Source: Sedimentisphaerales bacterium (lineage in GTDB: Bacteria > Planctomycetota > Phycisphaerae > Sedimentisphaerales > Anaerobacaceae). From it: DNA of 64,000 nucleotides. A model generated the notes under the pieces. That model had not been told where the DNA came from. It worked only from the letters and a program-made list of their open reading frames with translations, and did no database searches. Each line of letters begins with the position of its first letter. Within the stretch, counting starts at the first letter, position 1. Below are positions 59,801-64,000 of the stretch, in pieces. Made by a program: the position numbers and the translations under genes. The stretch covers positions 5,792,001 to 5,856,000 of the forward strand of contig OY970194.1 in assembly GCA_963708075.1 (NCBI GenBank), written 5' to 3'.

Positions 59801-62800
59801 CTATCTCTGCTCGCGTACTTCGACCAGGCCCACGTCGATGTACTGGCCGCCGCCGGTCTGGCGGCAGTGGACGGCGATTAGGTTCTTGCCCGGCTTGAGG
59901 GCGGCTTTGGCGGCTCCGTTCACGGGCAAAGGCTCGTAACCTGTCGTGTAGCCGTTTGCAGTCGCGGCCTGCACGCCGTTGATGTAGATTTCCACGTCCT
60001 CGTCGTGATGCACGTTCAGGCCGATGTTGTCCCACTTGCCCTCGGGCAGCGTGAACTCGCGCCGCAGCCAGATACTCCGCGTGTTCCACACGGTGTTCAC
60101 GATCGCGCCGGGCGTGCCTTCCGTGCCGAAGCCGTTCTTGCCTTCCTTCCACGCGCCGGCGTCGAACTCGGGCTTGAACCAGCCGTCGCCAGGCCTTTGC
60201 GTGGTGTACCGCCATGTGACGGGCTCATCCTGGGCTGTGGGCGCGACCGTCACGAGGACGGGGGGTTTGGGCATGGGGGCCCAGTTGGCAGCCTTCGTCT
60301 TATCGCGGCCGGCGTACTTCTTCCAGACGGCCTTGTCGTAGAGCATCTGGAGGAACACGCCGCCGACGACCGGCCGGGCGGTGAAGCCCCGCTTGCGGGC
60401 GTTGTTCGTGAAGTACCAGTCCGTCATCGGCGAGCGGTCGGGCGTCTCATTCAGGAACAGGTACACCGGATCGACGATCGCCTCGAAGTCCGCCCGATTC
60501 TGCGTCAGTGTCGCGGTCCAGAGAATCCAGTCGAGCTTGGTGTACAGCGAGCGATTGTCCAGCGGCAGGCCGTACTTATTCTGGGTCCTGCGGTAGAAAT
60601 CCATCTCCTTGCGGGCGACCTCGGGCGGAAAGAGGTTCAGGCCGAGAATCCGGTCCCAGACCAGGTTATATTTCTGGCTCCAGGTGCCGGATTTGTCGAA
60701 CGCCAGGCGGAAGTGGTCGGCGTCATCGGCCTCCTTGACCCAGCGAGCCGCGAACTCCTTCGCGATTTTGGAATACTCCGCGGCCTTGGCTTTGTCGCCT
60801 CGCATGTCACAGAGCTTGGCAAATGCGCCGAGGCCGCAGATCGCTTTGACGCTGAGGTTCACGTTGTGCGCGAGGTGGCCCGCGAAATCATCGGTGCAAA
60901 GCTGGTTCTCCGGATCGAAGCCCTTGGCCTTGAGGTACTCGGCCCACTGCTCCAGCCGCGGCCAGTACAGGCCTGCGAAATCAGCATTGCCTTCCATCTG
61001 CGCGACAGCGGCCATGAGGATCAGCAGATTGCCCGACTCCTCGACGGGCATCTGGTTTTCCTCCGTTCGCTCGCCGCCGCCGTAGCGCTGGCCGTTGGCG
61101 TGCGGGTACTGGCCGAGGTCATGCGGGGCGAAGGGGAACTTCCATCGCTCGGACACGGCATAGTTCATGAACGGCACCAGGAATGACTTGGCCACCGACG
61201 GGCCGAACAGCAGGAACTGTGGAGCCATCGGGTAGAACACATCGGAGGTCCCGATGCAGCCATTGGAGTGGTTCTCCTTGCAGAACGAGATCGGCTGCCC
61301 GTTGCCGTCGGCGACGAACTTACCCGCCGCGAAGCACTGCCGGTACGCCAAGGCCGACAGCTTTGCATACTTCTCTCCGCCCGCCTTCGTGAGATCCGCC
61401 ATCAACTCCTGATCGAATGCCGCACATCGCTTCTTCAGTGACTTGTAGTCTTTGGCAGCCGCCTTGAGCAGGTCGGCGGCTTCCCAGCCGTTGCGCCGCC
61501 AGTACGGCCGCAGGTTCTTCTGCATGTACTGAATCGAGTAGAGATCGTCATAGGCGAGCATCAGCCAGCGGGTCACGGGCTTTTTCGATACCTTATCAAC
61601 CTGCAAAGCGACTGCGGCACAGAGCCCATCGGCGGTCGTCGGGGCTTCGAGGGAGCCCGTGACAGATCGCAGCCCATTCGTAGCGAATCCATCTTGAACC
61701 ATTCCCCGGCCCGCGAAGAAGCGGGACGATACAGCGGACGTCGGAGCGGCGATGTAGAGATAGCCCCAGTCGATCCGGATGTCGTCGCCCCGCTTGGCGA
61801 GGATCGGCTGGTCCTTCGAGCCGATCTTGCTGGCCACCAGATCGTCCATCCCTTCGGTGGACCACGTTACCTCCTGATTTCCCGTATTGACGGCGATCTC
61901 GCCCGAGGCGTCGAGATAGACTTGGACCTCGTGCGTCTTGCCATCCGTAGAGCGGGACTCGTAGGTGAGGTAGGTCACGGGCCGGGATAGCACGTCGATG
62001 TCGTCCGGCAGGGCGGGGGTCATGAAGGTCAGCGTCAGGGTGATGCCAGCGCCCTCGAAGGTGTAGATCGTCCGGGTCGGCAGGACGGTGAGGCTGGTTT
62101 GCTTCATGGGCGGGACATTGCCTGGGTTGGCCCCCATGACGCGGTAGGGCTTGCCGTCGATGCGGACCATGCTGGTCAGGCGGTGGGGTTTGCCGGTCCA
62201 ATGGACGGTGTCCTCGTCGGCCAGCTTGTCCGCCGGGGACCAGATGCTGAAGTAGGGATCGACCGCGACCAGCGGCGTGGCGGGGGGGATGAGTCTGTCA
62301 CCTTCGGCCCGGCGGGGCTGCGGCGGTGTATAGAGGCCCTTGTTCGCGGCGGCCACGCGCTCGGCGTCCATTTTAATGATCGCCCGGTCGTAGGTCATCA
62401 AGCCGTTGACTTCGACCTCCACGTCGGTCGTCTGCGTGTACACGGCGGCGCTGAGGCCCGGCTGACCGGTCATCGGAAGGAGTCTGCGGATCAGGGTCAG
62501 GTAGGCGTCGGTCAGCTCTTCGGCGGTCTTGTAGCTTCGATAGCCCCAGTTCTTCTCGGCCTGCCAGGTGTGCCCGGGCAGCGGCAGGCCCAGGCCGCCG
62601 AACTCGCCGAGGACGACCGCACGTTTCTCCTCGATGCGGGGCACCGCCGGGCCTGGGTACTGATGAATATCCATCACGTCGCCGACGCCGCGGTCGGTCC
62701 AGCCGCTGGCGTTGTTCACCAGGCGGGTCGGGTCGAGCTTGCGGATCATGTCCACGACTCGCGGCGTGTCGAACTGGCCCCAGCCCTCATTGAACGGGAC

Positions 62801-64000
62801 CCACATTACGATGGAGGGATGGTTGCCGAACGCCTGGATGATCCGGGTCAGCTCCGTGTCGAACTGCTTTGCGGATTCCTCGGTGCGCACGATGTCGGGG
62901 TCCTTGGTGCCGATGTAGCGGTCGCCGCTGGGCATGTCCTGCCAGACGAGCAGGCCGAGCTTGTCGCACCAGTAATACCATCGGTCCGGCTCGACCTTCA
63001 CGTGCTTGCGGGCCATGTTCATGCCGAGCTTCTTCGTCACTTCGATATCATATTTCAGTGCCTCATCCGTCGGGGCGGTATACAGCCCATCCGGCCACCA
63101 CCCCTGATCCAGCGGCCCATACTGAAACAGCGGCTTGTTGTTCAGGAACAGCCGCAGGGTCCCATCCTCATCCTTCCCCAGCGCAATCTTCCGCATGGCG
63201 AAGTAGCTCTTCACTTCATCCACCACTTTGCCGTCTCGTTTGAGCGCGACCTTGAGATCGTAGAGGAACGGGGAGTCAGGAGACCAGAGTCTCGGGTTCG
63301 GAACAGAGAGGTCGCATTTGCCATCGCGCGAACCGGTGGCCGAGGCGATTTGGCGGCGCTCCACGAAGGCTGTAGCTTCCACAGTGAATTCGCCCTCGTC
63401 CTTATCGCTGCCGACCTCGACGTGCAGCACGCCGGCGTCGATGTCCGGCGTCAATCGGAGTTGAACAATCCCCGCGGAGACCGGTTCGAGCCAGACGGTT
63501 TGCCAGATGCCGGTGACGGCGGTGTACCAGATGCCGCCGGGCTTGCGGACCTGCTTGCCGCGAGGCTGGGTGCCCGCGTCGGTCGGGTCCCACACCGAGA
63601 GGACGATTTCCTGGTCGCCGTCCGATTTCAGCGCGTCGGTGATATCGAATGTGAATGGGTCGTATCCGCCTTTATGATTGCCGACCTCCTTGCCGTTGAC
63701 CCAGACGGTGGCGTCCCAATCCACGGCCCCGAAGTGCAGCAGGAGGCGTTTCTTGTCGGCCGTCCACTTTTCGGGAACAGTGAAGGTTCGGCGGTACCAG
63801 AGGCGGTTGTCGGGTCCGACGGGCTTCATCACGCCGGAAAGGGCCGACTCCACCGGGAAGGGGACAAGGATCCGGCCATCGAAGCTGTCCGGCCGGGACG
63901 CGTCCTTCGGCTTGATCGCGTAGTCCCACAGGCCATTGAGGTTGAGCCAGTTCTCGCGGACCATCTGCGGCCGGGGGTACTCCGGATGCACCTTCTCCGG
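59801..64000 (-). CDS. GH2 glycosidase fused to a DUF5127/DUF4965-type ('glutaminase A') domain and a C-terminal beta-sandwich; 5' end lies outside the window
   Basis: PEYPRPQ..WLNLNGLWDY, LHFGAVD, GPLDQGWWPDG, RKHVKVE and FNEGWG; then PPATPLVAVDPYFSIW, KENHSNG, MPVEESGN, QLCTDDFAG and WSQKYNL. Confidence 0.88.
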   Translation of the reverse strand, partial: PEKVHPEYPRPQMVRENWLNLNGLWDYAIKPKDASRPDSFDGRILVPFPVESALSGVMKPVGPDNRLWYRRTFTVPEKWTADKKRLLLHFGAVDWDATVWVNGKEVGNHKGGYDPFTFDITDALKSDGDQEIVLSVWDPTDAGTQPRGKQVRKPGGIWYTAVTGIWQTVWLEPVSAGIVQLRLTPDIDAGVLHVEVGSDKDEGEFTVEATAFVERRQIASATGSRDGKCDLSVPNPRLWSPDSPFLYDLKVALKRDGKVVDEVKSYFAMRKIALGKDEDGTLRLFLNNKPLFQYGPLDQGWWPDGLYTAPTDEALKYDIEVTKKLGMNMARKHVKVEPDRWYYWCDKLGLLVWQDMPSGDRYIGTKDPDIVRTEESAKQFDTELTRIIQAFGNHPSIVMWVPFNEGWGQFDTPRVVDMIRKLDPTRLVNNASGWTDRGVGDVMDIHQYPGPAVPRIEEKRAVVLGEFGGLGLPLPGHTWQAEKNWGYRSYKTAEELTDAYLTLIRRLLPMTGQPGLSAAVYTQTTDVEVEVNGLMTYDRAIIKMDAERVAAANKGLYTPPQPRRAEGDRLIPPATPLVAVDPYFSIWSPADKLADEDTVHWTGKPHRLTSMVRIDGKPYRVMGANPGNVPPMKQTSLTVLPTRTIYTFEGAGITLTLTFMTPALPDDIDVLSRPVTYLTYESRSTDGKTHEVQVYLDASGEIAVNTGNQEVTWSTEGMDDLVASKIGSKDQPILAKRGDDIRIDWGYLYIAAPTSAVSSRFFAGRGMVQDGFATNGLRSVTGSLEAPTTADGLCAAVALQVDKVSKKPVTRWLMLAYDDLYSIQYMQKNLRPYWRRNGWEAADLLKAAAKDYKSLKKRCAAFDQELMADLTKAGGEKYAKLSALAYRQCFAAGKFVADGNGQPISFCKENHSNGCIGTSDVFYPMAPQFLLFGPSVAKSFLVPFMNYAVSERWKFPFAPHDLGQYPHANGQRYGGGERTEENQMPVEESGNLLILMAAVAQMEGNADFAGLYWPRLEQWAEYLKAKGFDPENQLCTDDFAGHLAHNVNLSVKAICGLGAFAKLCDMRGDKAKAAEYSKIAKEFAARWVKEADDADHFRLAFDKSGTWSQKYNLVWDRILGLNLFPPEVARKEMDFYRRTQNKYGLPLDNRSLYTKLDWILWTATLTQNRADFEAIVDPVYLFLNETPDRSPMTDWYFTNNARKRGFTARPVVGGVFLQMLYDKAVWKKYAGRDKTKAANWAPMPKPPVLVTVAPTAQDEPVTWRYTTQRPGDGWFKPEFDAGAWKEGKNGFGTEGTPGAIVNTVWNTRSIWLRREFTLPEGKWDNIGLNVHHDEDVEIYINGVQAATANGYTTGYEPLPVNGAAKAALKPGKNLIAVHCRQTGGGQYIDVGLVEVREQR

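Overview
GC-rich bacterial chromosomal segment. Gene content and repeat style suggest Planctomycetota, probably Phycisphaerae/Sedimentisphaerales (inference only). Most genes are on the minus strand. The housekeeping backbone is ruvA, ruvC, cysS, ispF, hisB, hisC, accD, rpe, pgk, gap, an AlaC-like aminotransferase and a SNF2 helicase. The right half is rich in secreted glycan-degrading and sugar-catabolic genes (GH78, GH5, GH2 fusion, sulfatase, xylA, xylB, beta-helix proteins). Interspersed are four toxin-antitoxin pairs, a ParA + HEPN two-gene module, an HNH-AP2 endonuclease embedded in a mosaic of REP-like palindromes, an FRG-domain gene and many short palindromic or heptamer repeats. The most striking structure is at ~19.5-23.7 kb: two ~98% identical 264-bp elements with 25-bp terminal inverted repeats bracket an AT-richer DNA slice that is cut mid-gene at both ends. 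A 10-bp tandem array built from the element end and a third, related end lie in front of another cargo gene. Related end motifs flank the ParA-HEPN module, which suggests a repeat-delimited gene-capture/cassette system whose catalytic gene is not in this window. Three frameshifts are each repaired by GCGC->GCGCGC, so they may be sequencing artefacts. No rRNA, tRNA or CRISPR array was recognised.
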